This document shows positions 11,101-34,529 of a stretch of 64,000 nucleotides of DNA, piece by piece (the first letter of the stretch is position 1; each line of letters opens with the position of its first letter). The notes below the pieces were generated by a model, which did no database searches, was not told where the DNA came from, and saw nothing but the letters and a program-made list of their open reading frames with translations. This DNA is from Antedon mediterranea (taxonomy: Eukaryota > Animalia > Echinodermata): positions 1,550,001-1,614,000 of the forward strand of contig NC_092674.1 in the NCBI RefSeq assembly GCF_964355755.1. The letters are read 5' to 3'. A program made the position numbers and the translations under genes.

Positions 11101-14100
11101 AAGAAGGGAGAAAGAAATAAGAAGGGAGAAAGAAATAAGAAGGGAGAAAGAAATAAGAAGGAAGAAAGAAATAAGAAGGAAGAAAGAAATAAGAAGGGAG
11201 AAAGAAATAAGAAGGAAGAAAGAAATAAGAAGGGAGAAAAAAATAAGAAGGAAGAAAGAAATAATTACAAGATAACTTGAATGCAACTTACTTCTTTGCA
11301 GACCGTGAGAGTAGAATACTATAGATAAAAATAAGTACACCATGTGTACTTTGGAACTAAACATTTAAAAAGAAAAGAAAGTGAGTTTATGTACAGATAT
11401 ATATAAGTGAGTTTATGTACAGATATATATAACTTGGTACACATGGACGACACCAACTCGAAAGACAACGTAACACTTCTTCAATGGGAGGTAATGGTAC
11501 TTTAAGTTGCATAAATTGCAAAGCACGAATGTAATATTCCGTACAATATTTCATTATAAAAGTACAGTAAATGATGAAAATCTAATTTAAAAACACTTAC
11601 TGATTCGAGGTGCTTACGAATGAAAATTAGAAGAGTTTGAAAATCAGCAAATTCGTAAGATTCAAGCTTTGAAAAAGATTAAAAAGTTATAATTTGTAGT
11701 AAAATTCAAAAGTTATGTTATTTTATAATATAAATATTTCCGATATCCCTATATTTTTGCTCACAAACATAATACTAAAATACTTTGTTTTATCACAAAA
11801 ACATTATTAATCTGTGAGATAATAGTAATTAATAATTGAAATTACTGCATTTCTTAATTACAAGAGAAGTAACAAATACTGTGGCACCTTTAATTACCTT
11901 CTCAACAAAATGATCTATACGAAACCCAGCAGAAGGACCAAAATTGGAATGTTCCGTCATGAGAACAACAATGGCGCGTTTTTCTTCCCCCGCCTGCCAC
12001 AGCATATCACTTATGGCCTTGATCAGCGCATCACAACGTTGTTGTTCGAATGGTTTTAACTTGTCTGCTTGTGAGGGTTGTCCTTGGCTATCACAAAAAA
12101 ATATATAAATTACAAATGTTACAATGTAGGCTACACAATTTAGCGCCTTAACAAATAAAACCATGAAAGAGTAATATTGTACTCTTTTCTGCTGAAACAG
12201 TTTTATGATTGAATACGGATAATAAATGGTATTGGATGGAATGAATATAATACAAGTTAATATTTGAGGATCTCAACTTTTTTTTGGTGTTTTTTAGGCC
12301 TAATGATAAAGCATACTTTAAAATATTTCCTAATTTGTTTTTCTGGTTTATTTTAAATTTTTATTCACTGTATACTTGTTGCACATATCATTGAGACTGT
12401 GCCTCTGATATAACAGAGATACAATAAAGTTCAGTAAAGTTCTTGGAGTTCTTGTAAAGTCGCTGTAACTAATTGTAATGTAACAAATTAGGACACCGTA
12501 CAACGCAGACTAGTGTATACACATTAATTAGGCTTACATAGATAATGTTAACAATATAATTGTTTGTTTTAATTTGTTTTACAATGTACAATATTATGAT
12601 AATGTACCTTGCCTTCACACCCATGACATGCTTCGTAGGCTCATCTCGAAATAACAAGTTTTTCATTATAAATGCTTGTACACATATTATGACATTTCGT
12701 GTTCCGTCCTGGAAGAAGATAAACAAATATATGTTACCAACAACTTGCCCTATGTTATTTAATAATATTATACAGATATGAAGTTATATCCGAAAATTAA
12801 AAGAACGGTAGCTACATAAAACAGAGATTTATGTTTGGTAAATCTACCGCCCTCTGTAATTTTGTTGAACAAAACAATGTTATGGGGCGCTATTTAAAAC
12901 GGGCTACTGAATGATTTAATTAATAGGGAAGACAGTCTCTTGCATTGCATATGCCTAATACAAGTTGCAATATATGTAAGTAGTCAAGCGTCGCCTGTTG
13001 TGTATACAATACTAACACTACGTCGACCTTTCGTTTTCACAACTTATACCATGGTTTATAGCTCCATGCTTACGCTATTGAGTCCAACGTTCTTTCTGCG
13101 CATGCTCATATTTCTAAGCAGGCGCACAACGATTCTTATTATTCCCTAATAAGTATAATAGTTGTAAACAAACCTCGGTTGTCCACAATCCATACGGGAA
13201 AGCAGAATCAATCGCTTGGAATTGAAAACTGTCGTTTTTCCACTCTGGACTAAACGACCACATACGATTTCCAAAAAGGCAATCACGTAGTTTCTATGAA
13301 GATACAATATGTTGCTAAATTTAAACAGCTGGACTTAATATCTTTTTTCATTTCATTTCATTTCATTTATTTCAATATCATTATCGCAGCCTTAGCTGAA
13401 TTACAAAGATATTTACATTTGTTCAATATTAAAATTTGTAAAAAAGTATAAAACCAATGATAAAAAAATATAAAAAAGGAGGAAATTTACACAAGAAATA
13501 CAATACAGGAACATTCAAAAAGTTTAGCTTAAAATATTAAAATAGAAAAAAAAAACACCTAAAAGCATCAATAAAAATCGCAAAGCTGTACTGGGTGATA
13601 TATACAGATTATTCATTTAGAAGCGAGATAAGGTATGGAATTGCACTTTTTCTATATCTTTCAACTCTGCATTTGGGTTGTTGATACTTTACACGTCTTA
13701 GTTTCATGTTACTTACATTCTTCACTGGAAACCATTTTCCAAAATGAATACTTTTTGAACAATTCAGAGCAAACTTATAGCATAGATTACGCCTTCTATC
13801 AGATAAAGTGTCTAAAGAAAGATCATTGAGTGCTTGGTCATAACATATGTAGTCATTACACAATATTATTCTGCAAGCCCTTTTTTGGACAGATTCTATC
13901 ATATCACTTTGTTTCTTAGTGAGACTAGAATGCCATACTGGGACAGCATATTCAACACTTGGTCTTATGTAACTCTTAAATACATCTACAAGATCAAATT
14001 TCGGAAGATTGAACTTTCTTAATCTACATAATATATGCAGACGTCTGCATATGAGCGGAAATTGAGAAATAATATGTTATCATTGAAATAGCATTATTTG

Positions 14101-17100
14101 GTAACGTTAACCTGTCTACACTATTAAACTTTATGTGACAAAAAATGTGATGTGCTCATGTATGGACATGATGATGTCATATCACCACCATATTTGGGCA
14201 TATCACTACCATATTTGGGCATATCACTACCATATTTGGGCATATCACTACCATGTTTGGGCATATCACTACCATATTTGGGCACAGAGCTTTTTATTTG
14301 AAATAGGTTCTAATCGAAATGCAAGATGTCTATGGTAAAAATCTAAACTGTAAAATAAATCTTGAAAACACATCTTATATATTAATATTTTCATTTAAAA
14401 ATAGCTTGTAATCGATTTTTAATGAAAAAATAAAAATCAATTCCAAGAAATGGCCAAAATGAAGTGTATTTTACTTACTGCAGCTGTTTCAAGGGCGACA
14501 GGTTGAGGCGTTATGTTGATTTGTACCGGTTTATACATGCTTGGTATCACAGTCTTAGGCCCAATTTGCAAGTCAACTTAAAAAAACAAAGTAATTACAA
14601 TATTACACACTATTCATATATTTGTGGTCAAACACAGTAATACATGTACATGGTTTGAAATTATTTTCGTTTGCTCAAAGTTAAAAATTCACATAAAAAT
14701 ATAAAAATGAGTTAAAAAGGTTAAAATTTTGCAAAATACAGATTATTTAAAATACAGATACATTGTTTAAAATAGAAAATACAAGCAAGATTGCCGTGTG
14801 TAAGGGTATAGTATACAATAATCAACGTTTCATTTAATTGCCTAATCAAAGTAGGGAGAAACGAGTTTCTTATTCGATTGGCTTTTCATCTTGGGTACAC
14901 TAAAGAGGTATGGTGGAGAGGGTATACTCATCCGACATAATAGGGAGAAACGAGTTTCTCATCCATATTGGTTTTCCATCTATAGTGATCTCCGTTTTTT
15001 CAGTGTATATTTGGAATATCAACCAAAATAAATACATACCTTTAGACGGATGAGTAAACGGATTGTACACGCCATCGTCGTCTGATAATTCTTCATCTTC
15101 TTCTTTCTGAAATACAATTCCATTGGTAACTTTAACAGATGAGTACATTATCATTGATGCAAAAACTCTCAGTAAAATTTATAAAAAAAAACAAGCGCGA
15201 AAAAAAAGTATTTATAGTCTGTCTGGTAAGTATATTACAGTCAGCTTCTTACAACACATTGTTGTCAGCAGAATGTTATCGTAATTGATAAAACTGTGAT
15301 TAGAAGGAAATTAAACACATGCGCGCCTTTATTGTGATGAAAAGTTAATTGACATGCGCAGATTAACCAACAATAACAATCCTGCGAAAATCTAAAAATA
15401 GGTACGTGGCATGTGGCCAATTATGATTGAGTTACTGAAGTAAAGCACGGGAAAATTGGCGCGTGTCAATGGCGTTTTTTAGTGCAACACGTGACCTATT
15501 TGTTGAACCATCAAACGCAATATCCACGACTGGGTAAAACGTCAGGGTAGTGGAGTAACGCAGAGGCTAGGCCTGAGCCCTTTGGTTTAGGAACGCTATA
15601 TTGCGTTAACTTTTGATAAACTGCACGTAACGTTTAACGAAAACAGGTCGAGTATAAGATATGCCCTACAGTCAATGAACATTAGGAAACGACCAAAGTG
15701 TTGTAATGATATTCCTTTCGCGCTAAGCAATCCAATTATTAGTTGCCTGATATAGGCTATTTCGATCAATACTCGTCTAATTGAGACTTAAGAATATAAT
15801 TTAAATTACACAAAATCAATACAGCTTTTCAAACAGAGTTTATGGAACACTACACGAGATAAACATGTCAAAGATTGTCACAATTATTTAAAAAGTATAC
15901 TATACATGGCTACATAATACAGGAGTGCAAAACGATAGTGCTTGCTCTCCACTAGAGACGTAATACAAGGACGTAACGCAACGTAAGTGAGTTGACCAAT
16001 CACAAGCGATGGATTATTCGAACTGTCGCTTATCATTGGTCAACACGCTTGCGTTGCGTTTACGTCCTTGCGTTGCGTCCTAGTGGGAATTAACCAAGCT
16101 TTAGAAATTACAATGTGCACAAAGCGTACGTAGACGTAACGAAACGACAACGTATGCGCAACGCAGTGTCAACCGATGGTTTGGATGATCCATCGCGGCG
16201 TGATTGGTCAAATTATTGCGCGGCGCGCTTACATCCTTGCGTTGCGTACAAGTTTGAACCAAAACCTCGGATGCTCGTTAAAAATCTACAATAATATTAT
16301 CACGATGTGTGTATCTACCGATAAATTCTTTTCTTTACTGTTTGAATGTCAAAACACATCGATTGTTAGAGTATGACAACTAGGCCTACTTCATTACTAC
16401 TTCTTTGCTATTGATTTTAACAGTGTTAACCTCAGAGCCTGATGTCAAAGAAATACACAATATTGCATCAAAACACCTGCGTCGATTATTTACATTTTCA
16501 AGTATAAAAGAACGAGGATTTTCCTGAAAATAATGAAATAATCAATAGGAGATGCTTTAATAGCAATTAATTAGCCCACAGCGGTTGAGTATAAAAGAAC
16601 AATAAGGCAGATGTAATCCATACAATTAAGAATGTGCTTAAGATATGATGATGAGTTATATTATCAGAAAGATGCCGCTACTAAAGCATTTGAGATTTCA
16701 CTGCATGCTGAGTACGTCAAAATTCATAAAATCAGAGGCGTAAGAAGGTTCTCTTCTAAGAAGGAAGTTTTAAATCGGATCGCCTCTCTTCTTTTTCAAA
16801 AGTACCTATAATAATAATATATTGACAGAAAAGGACAGATTTGCACACAGTTATGAGGTCTAAAGCTCTGTCTACACTATCAAACTAGTTTGACAAAAAA
16901 GTGTGATTTGTCCAAATATGGTAGTGATATGACATCATCATGTCCATATATGGACACATCTCATTTTGTTGTCACATAATGTGTGATAGTGTAGACAGAA
17001 CTTAAAGACATAAAAAACATTTAAATAAAGATACTGAAGTACTGAATGAATGTAAACAAATCTACAAAACAGATTCTTCTGTATCCTATCAACAGTGATT

Positions 17101-18929
17101 ACAACTATTAAAATGTTTATATCTATATATAGAAATATGTCTATTTTTGAAGTGCGTCTAATTAAATCCTACTGCTGTGCCGAATAAACAGTGTGCTTAT
17201 TCACAAAGTCCGTGTGACAAAATCTAAATAACCAACCCTTACTTTGCGGATATATCCGTTCGACCTTTGAAATTTCTGAAAATGTTCATTAAAGATGTTT
17301 TAAAGTGAACAGTATTATAACAATTAGCAAGTCGGGTTTGAGGTACACTGTACAAAACTATAAACGTGTAGTTTTAATTCGGTTTGCTATGCTACAAACC
17401 GCCTTCTGAAGTATTACATCGTAAGCTTTACGTTTTTGGAAATACATGGTATAGGCTACCTGGCCATCCAAACAATATAATATTATATTAATAATTAGGA
17501 ATTAATTTCTCCTAAAGTTTTACACTATAAAACCAGTGTGATGTGGCCAAATATGGTAGTGATATGACTTCATCGTGTCGATATATGGGCATGGTTTTTT
17601 CACATAGTTTGATAGTGTAGACAGAGCTTTAGTGCATGTATGTGACCGTTGCTATGCATCAACGCCTGGCTATAAATGATTTCTTGACTGAATGTCAGTG
17701 TCAACAAAACAATCAAACTTGCCATGATTAGGCCAAAAAAAAAAAATAGTTTGTTTGCTGTCATCCGCCGCCCCTAATTTCGCCAAAAATTTGGGGCGGA
17801 AATAAGAAAAAGTTTTTTTTTTACGTTGAGGGCGCTTTAAAAAAAAAGTTTTTTAAATGATTTTTTTTGGCCGAAAAGGTGTAAAAATCGAGTGTGCGAG
17901 GATGAAACAATAAAAATAATAACGTAGCGTATATTTCGGTGTAGTCGCACTTTTGACACGCAAATTTAACCTCTAAATTAAGGGTGCGTCTTATACACCG
18001 AACATAAATGCCTCAACACACAGATCGCCACCTCGTTGGCTAGGCCGGGCTTTTTAAGGTAAGGCCTAGGCCTAGGCCTAGCCTAGGCCTAGGCCTATTA
18101 GTATTACTAAAGTCTAAAGAGTAGGCCTAGCCTAGCTACAGTGTACTAGCGTAACAGCAACCTGCTAATTTTCAAGGCATTTTAGCGTGATTTTGTACTA
18201 ATATGATGAAAAGATTTGTTCATTATGGAGCTGTTTTAGGCGCTCCGATAAAATTTCATTTGAAAACGACGTTTACGATTGGAATAGTATTATAGTTATA
18301 CGCACGACCGTCGTACCCCCAGCGCGAGCGAGCCCTTCTTGGCAACCACATTGTGTACACAGTATTCGACTGGTATATTCTCCAGTTGATTATAGCATAG
18401 ACCTAGGGTACACACTTCTAGGATACATAGATACTAATCGAATACGATTGTCCGTGAAAACGTGCGCCTCTCGATAAAAGGATCGAGCGAGGCTAGCCCA
18501 CACACACGTGCGGTCATGCACTCGATGTTGCGGGTGCGAAACTCATTCATAACAAGTTAGAAAGAACTGACGGAATGGGGGACTTCCCTTCTTGTTGAGG
18601 CTGGGCGCGGCCGTCTTTAACATCGACGATATACAAAATACCGATATTTTACTCTCAGTTAGGGGTCGGGTGCGTCTTATTATACACAGGTGCGACTTAT
18701 ACACCGAAATATACGGTACACTCTAAAATTTAAATATTTAATTAGGCCTGCTAACAACGACCTACTGTGTAGTAGTAGGCCTAGCCTAGGCTAGTTTAGA
18801 CACGGGGCCTAACGCGCCCAAAACAGAATTAAAGTGTGAAACAAATTATGAATAGATGTTTGAGCTCGTTGTTTTATTCAGTGTGTTTTGTTACTCTCAA
18901 ATTCGCGAGCAATTAACAGAAAAATTAAC

Positions 18930-18967
<38 letters not shown>

Positions 18968-19555
18968 TTTTTCCACCCGCCCCCCCTACCAAAAAAAAAA
19001 ACTTGACAGCAAACAAACAATTTTTTTTTTAGGCCTTATTATTACCACGAACAGCATTGTTTAGAAACCAATTAAAACTAAAAATAAACATACATGGATT
19101 GCACTGCACAGAGCTTATTAATAAAAATTGAAATAAGTTATTGCGGTATTTTCTTTGTGTTTATATTCTTACTGCATCTTGAAGAAAATTAGCATTGTTG
19201 TTATAACATAATACAATAATTTATAAATCACAACAGTGACTTGTTGGGAGTACAGGCCGGCGAAATAATATAGTCCATTATTCATGGTAATTTTGTTTTT
19301 AGTTTAGTTTTAGAAATCCAAGAAAAGTTCAATCTTAAAAGTTGGGAATAAAATATAGGGCTATGGGTTTTCTTTCGCGAATGACAAAATATTAAATATA
19401 CTTACTGGAACTGTTGCTGTCAGCTCAAGTGTCCTGGCTAGGCGTTCCAGTGGATCCATTTTAGCAAGTTCTTCATCATCGTCAGAGTCCTCCTGTGACT
19501 TTTTCTGCAGACTCTTCAAGTTAAGACGTTTGATACGATCACGGAGTGTTGTCAT
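8144..19555 (-). CDS. MINDY4B: MINDY4B-like (FAM188B2-like) probable inactive ubiquitin carboxyl-terminal hydrolase, MINDY-3/4 family
   Basis: Exons 19555-19406, 15106-15040, 14576-14479, 13293-13174, 12708-12608, 12087-11898, 11666-11601, 11356-11292, 9604-9460, 9288-9193, 9079-8899, 8470-8380 and 8192-8144, all GT-AG with consistent phases. Motifs LRDCLFG..FSPEWK, YSILLSR, LLLTGKATPHLFNG, VGTMLKTPKYPVWV, FDLRYYTG and RWPEGLIDWHGTLPF match MINDY4/4B. Confidence 0.85.
9943..11262. repeat. 18-bp polypurine minisatellite (AAGGRAGAAAGAAATAAG)n, ~70+ copies, intronic
   Basis: Seen directly. Two main unit variants (GGA/GGG). It explains the spurious LISFFL/LISFSL ORF. Confidence 0.97.
13345..14030 (-). 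mobile_element. 5'-truncated LINE (CR1/L2 group) 3' end with (TGAAA)n tail
   Basis: ORF 13609-13902 IESVQKRACRIIL...LDTLSDRR..LCYKFA...CRVERYRKSAIPYL is typical of the CR1/L2-group ORF2 C-terminus. Microsatellite tail at ~13345-13372. Confidence 0.8.
17731..19035. mobile_element. Non-autonomous DNA transposon, GGCC-terminal TIRs, TTA TSD
   Basis: Left end GGCC(A)nTAGTTTGTTTGCTGTCA and right end TGACAGCAAACAAACAA(T)nAGGCC, flanked by TTA on both sides. No transposase ORF. Confidence 0.8.
17928..18716. mobile_element. Nested Tc1/mariner-pogo-like non-autonomous element
   Basis: TIRs (G/C)CGTATATTTCGGTGTA..GTCGCAC and GTGCGACTTATACACCGAAATATACGG, with TA flanks. It sits inside the 17731-19035 element. 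Confidence 0.7.
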
Positions 19556-21257
19556 ATCGGATCTAGTAGGAGCAAGGGTTTATAAAAATATTAATATTGC
19601 AGATAAATAAATTCAGCGTTGAATTTTTAACTTGTAAAAATTAAAATGTGTTTTGTACCAGGTAGAATAATAAATATCCGATACATAATATACAGTTGTA
19701 ATATATAGTAACTATCAGATAAAACATACTGATGACAAATGATGAAAGATGTCGTAGGTAATACTGACGATTATGAAGAAATACGGTTGATTAAAACGAT
19801 GATTTAATGTTGAGTGTTGTTGACAACAAAGCATTACAATAAGCACTAAAATCGCTTCATTTTTAAATTGTTAGTCCGGTTTAAGAACAGTCAGAATACA
19901 GGCGTTAATGTTTAGATATGAATACAAATAATGAAGTGAAGTATAGGCCTATAAACTAAGTTTCCATTCGGACACGGTACCTAGTTAGAAGTAAACTTTT
20001 TCCATTCGATATTACGTTATAATTCAAATTTTAAAAAGCGAATATCTTAATGTTTGTTATTAATACTGATGACTGTGCAAAATTAAAATGTCACCCTAGT
20101 AATATAATTCTATTGAAAGTATAGTATACTGGATATATAAATATTAAGTAGTGTCTAATTCTATTTCTATACTTACCTATATTTAGTACTCCTTTACTAT
20201 TTTAGTAGCGATAAAAAGCAGTGCTGGGTCCTAGTATACTTATATTAGATAAATATAAAAACAGCAGAGAGTTAAAGAAGCTTGTGAGTTGAATCGTAAC
20301 AGATCTTTTCATATTGCTTAGATACGGTAACAAAATCAATACAAGTTGATTGTAACGATGTATATTCATATTGAGTCGCAATCATTGAAAAGGGGAAAGT
20401 ATACAAAAGACAAACATTAATATATATTTTATAAGTCCAGTTAAGATTGGATAATATGGTTTAAACAGCAATTGTAGCTTTGTTTCCTTTTATTTATTAT
20501 TAGTTTATGTATATATTTTTTTTCTTTATCGTATTTGGATTTAATAATGTTATATCTTGGGGTGGGTCTTTCTGATTTATATGACTCTCTTACCCCCTCC
20601 CCCCACATGATTACTTCATTGTATTTAGTATCCTGCATGTATGTTATAATACATTTTCTAAAATAAGATCGATTTAAAAGCAGGGCACCGGCATTAAGTA
20701 CACAATTCACGATGTTAACATCGTGAGCGCGTACGCGTCGACAAAAAGCGGAATATACTGATTACATATGCGCGTAAGTTAAGTTCTTGGCCACCTGGTT
20801 CACCACCTGTATTCAGCCAACAGCACCGCTTGTCTCAACATACGAAATGAAGGTGTCGATGTAGTCCAAGGACAGGTTTCACGCTATTACATATGTGCAA
20901 TGCGCAAAATAACTTTTTTGTGATAGGAAGGCATGCGCAATTCGGTCGCGAAGCATTGAAAAGTATAATTTGTTATAATTCAGTAGACGTAAAAATAAAA
21001 TAAAAACAGTTTCCGCACAAAATGTCCGACATATGACTTATTGTATTTAGTCTCCGCTGACGCGTGCTAACTTAGAAGGCACAATAGTCGGATATTGTAT
21101 AAAACATTCAGCACAATAAGACGTATAATTAAAACACCGATCAATTTCCACAGTTCTTCGATTTGTTTTGTCATAAATTGAAAGGAAGTAATTCGATTAG
21201 GTACTAATTATTATTATACCGTTTCTGTCGTCACGGTTAGAGCGATCTTTCGACGAC

Positions 21258-21512
21258 GCCACGCGAATACGCAACTGTTGAGCACAAAAGTCATTATGCG
21301 CACGCATAAAAGGTCGCTATTATAGAGTTACCTGTAGGGGTTTGGTCACAGGAGAAAAACCAGCCGATAAACGAGAATATAGCCACGCGAATACGTAACT
21401 GTTGAGTATACAAGTCATTCTGCACACGCAAAAAAGGTCGCTAATATAAGGTTACATGTAGGGGTTTGGTCAGAGGAGAAAAACAAGACGATAAACGGAA
21501 ATATGGCCACAC
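21258..21512. repeat. Tandem duplication of a ~124-bp unit (2 diverged copies)
   Basis: GCCACGCGAATACG...GGGGTTTGGTCA..GGAGAAAAAC..CGATAAACG starts at ~21258 and ~21381; a third GCCAC occurs at ~21506. Confidence 0.85.
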
Positions 21513-21962
21513 TTGAGTGACGAAAGAATTGGTTTAAAACTGTCTCGTGTCAAAATGCTTTAGTGGGGGATGGAGGAGGGGGGTTGTAGCACACAAACCA
21601 AATGAACAATGGAGACATTACTTGTCTTCTTCCCACTAATACCTAGTTACCAGAAGCAAAAACAATATTTGAAAAACTCATTCTTTATTACACAATATTA
21701 GTTCGACATTTAAAATACAAAAAAAAAAAGAAATGCGCTACCCTAACTACAACTGAGAAATCATGTGATTCCTTAAATACCAGTAATAATGTCAAACGAT
21801 TTTATACAATTTTAAACTTGGTATGTAATTGTCATTTTATGTTATCTTGTCCATAGTTGTTGCCCTTTCATTTATGCCTATAAAATCATTTTTTAAAGAA
21901 ATTAATTACAACCCATTAGAAAGTAATAACTTAATTGTTTCTTTGTTACAACTTCTTTTAAT

Positions 21963-32408
<10,446 letters not shown>

Positions 32409-32569
32409 TTTCTACTGAATAATTACCAACTCGTTCAAAAGTATGTAGGCCTATTCGTATCTTTTATTCTGTAAAGTTAATGCAATCTCTAAGCAATCTT
32501 TCTACTTCTGTTCTGGCTAAGCACTGTCGATGTCGTGTCGATCGAACATAAACTTTCCGAGTACAAACA

Positions 32570-32594
32570 TTGGCGCGAAATAGTATCACGTGAC
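32570..32594. promoter_or_regulatory. MCM7 promoter: E2F site plus palindromic E-box
   Basis: TTGGCGCGAAA (minus strand TTTCGCGCCAA) at 32570-32580 and TCACGTGA at 32586-32593, ~160-185 bp upstream of the ATG. MCM genes are established E2F targets. Confidence 0.75.
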
Positions 32595-34529
32595 GATACA
32601 AACCAGTCGGGGATATGAGAATTCTTCAATGGGTTTTAAATATTATAGAGGACGCTATACGATTCTAAATTAATATTTCACTTTTCAATGATAATATAAA
32701 TGGGTAAATAATCAATATGCGTACAGACAATTACTTGTGTATAGTTCATGATTTATTATCAAACAATTTATTTCTATAAACACACACCAATATTTTACAT
32801 ACTATTATTTACTAAACAACGATACCGTCCTAGGCATATTGCAGCTGTGAATCAGATAAATTATTTAAAAATATTTAAGTGTCAGATTGCTAAGTGCCAG
32901 CAGGGGATACAAGTCCGGATAAATTTTCATTAAATTGATATTATTAATATTCTAAGATGTGAGAAGGACCTTTAGACGATTACAATATTTTATAAAGGCC
33001 AACACATTGTAATTAAGTTGATTATCACTATATACATTCTACGTCATCAGCTAAGTCATCTTCAATATGTCTGCTTTTTAAATTCAAATTTATACAAATA
33101 GATATATAATAATATAATAAACCTGGTATACAAAGAAAGGCATTGCGAAACAAGGTGATAAGATATATTGGAATTATATAAGAAAAACCACACACCATAA
33201 TAATATACAGTACATTGTTGTCACTCTCTGACCTGTCTTCTACTCACATAGGTCCAGTTATTGGCATCGCTATTATATGGTAACATTTTTTTACTTCTCT
33301 TAAACAAATATGAGTTCTACATAGCCCATTGTACTGTGTTTAATTAAATAATTGTACAAATATAATGTACTATTCTGGAATGTTTAAATTCTAACTAATG
33401 TCTTATTTTAATTCTAATTATTTCATTACTTAATATAAATATTTTTTTTAATCATTATTTCATTTAATTTATGTTTAAAGTTACAAATATTATGGTATTT
33501 TATCATCATAATATTCTAATTACAATTCTCCGCTATAAGTCCACTCATTCCTTTTAGAGTACTTTAAATTAAGTTGATACTTCAAACATCACTAGTCAGC
33601 GCAAAATAGTCTATTGTCATACATTTAAAAAACAATGTTTTAAATATTCTAAATTACCAGTACAAAAAATCCTATAAACATCAAATCAATACAAAAACAG
33701 GGATAAAAAAACAATATAAATGGTTTTGCTTTAAATTTGAAAACAAATACTTACCTAAAAAAACATACAGACTACGTTTGGGTTTTATTCTAATATTTTT
33801 GGAGTGATTCAAATAATGGAATGTATTCATGACATTTATTAAATATATTTTAATAAATATATAAATATATTATATAATGATCTTTGAAATATATATTGTA
33901 ATCACCATCACGTTATAAATATATAACTTAATACAATTTCACATGGAATGCGCTTACTACATAAAAGGTTATCTTTACACATACAAGATGGAAGACACTG
34001 TACTTGTACTGTAATAAGTAAATTAAAACAAATATTATTATGTGTTATTACAACAACCCCTCCTTTTGTAAACCCCCATTTAGGGGACACATTTATTAAA
34101 CAGACACCCTCTCACAAAATGAGCTTGTATGTTTTAACACAGAAGCCATACTCTTAAATATTATTTTTACCTCCATTCCCTTTTCAAGGGACACTTCTAT
34201 TAAGTGACACTTTGTTGGGCCCAAGGGTGTCCCCTTAATAGAGCCTTTCTACTGTATACTTATTATCCTGTATGTATGTTATAATATTGTGAAAATAAAT
34301 TAAATTAAAATTGCTAACAATTAACAATCTACTATGTTGCATGTCTATGTTACTGGTTTACATTGATGCTATCATCCATTTTTTTAAATTTTTTTGTGTA
34401 ATATCATCATTTTCTTTTTGCTGTTAACATCTGTGTTCATATTTTCTTTGTTTTCTTCAACTGTGTTTTATCTCTCTATTTCTTTACATTACTGTTTAAC
34501 TTGTACGCTGACTATTTTCTTTTCACATG

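Noticed and set aside
9934-11364. 476-aa hydrophobic LISFFL ORF
   Set aside because: Translation of an intronic 18-bp satellite; the real exon (11356-11292) is in another frame.
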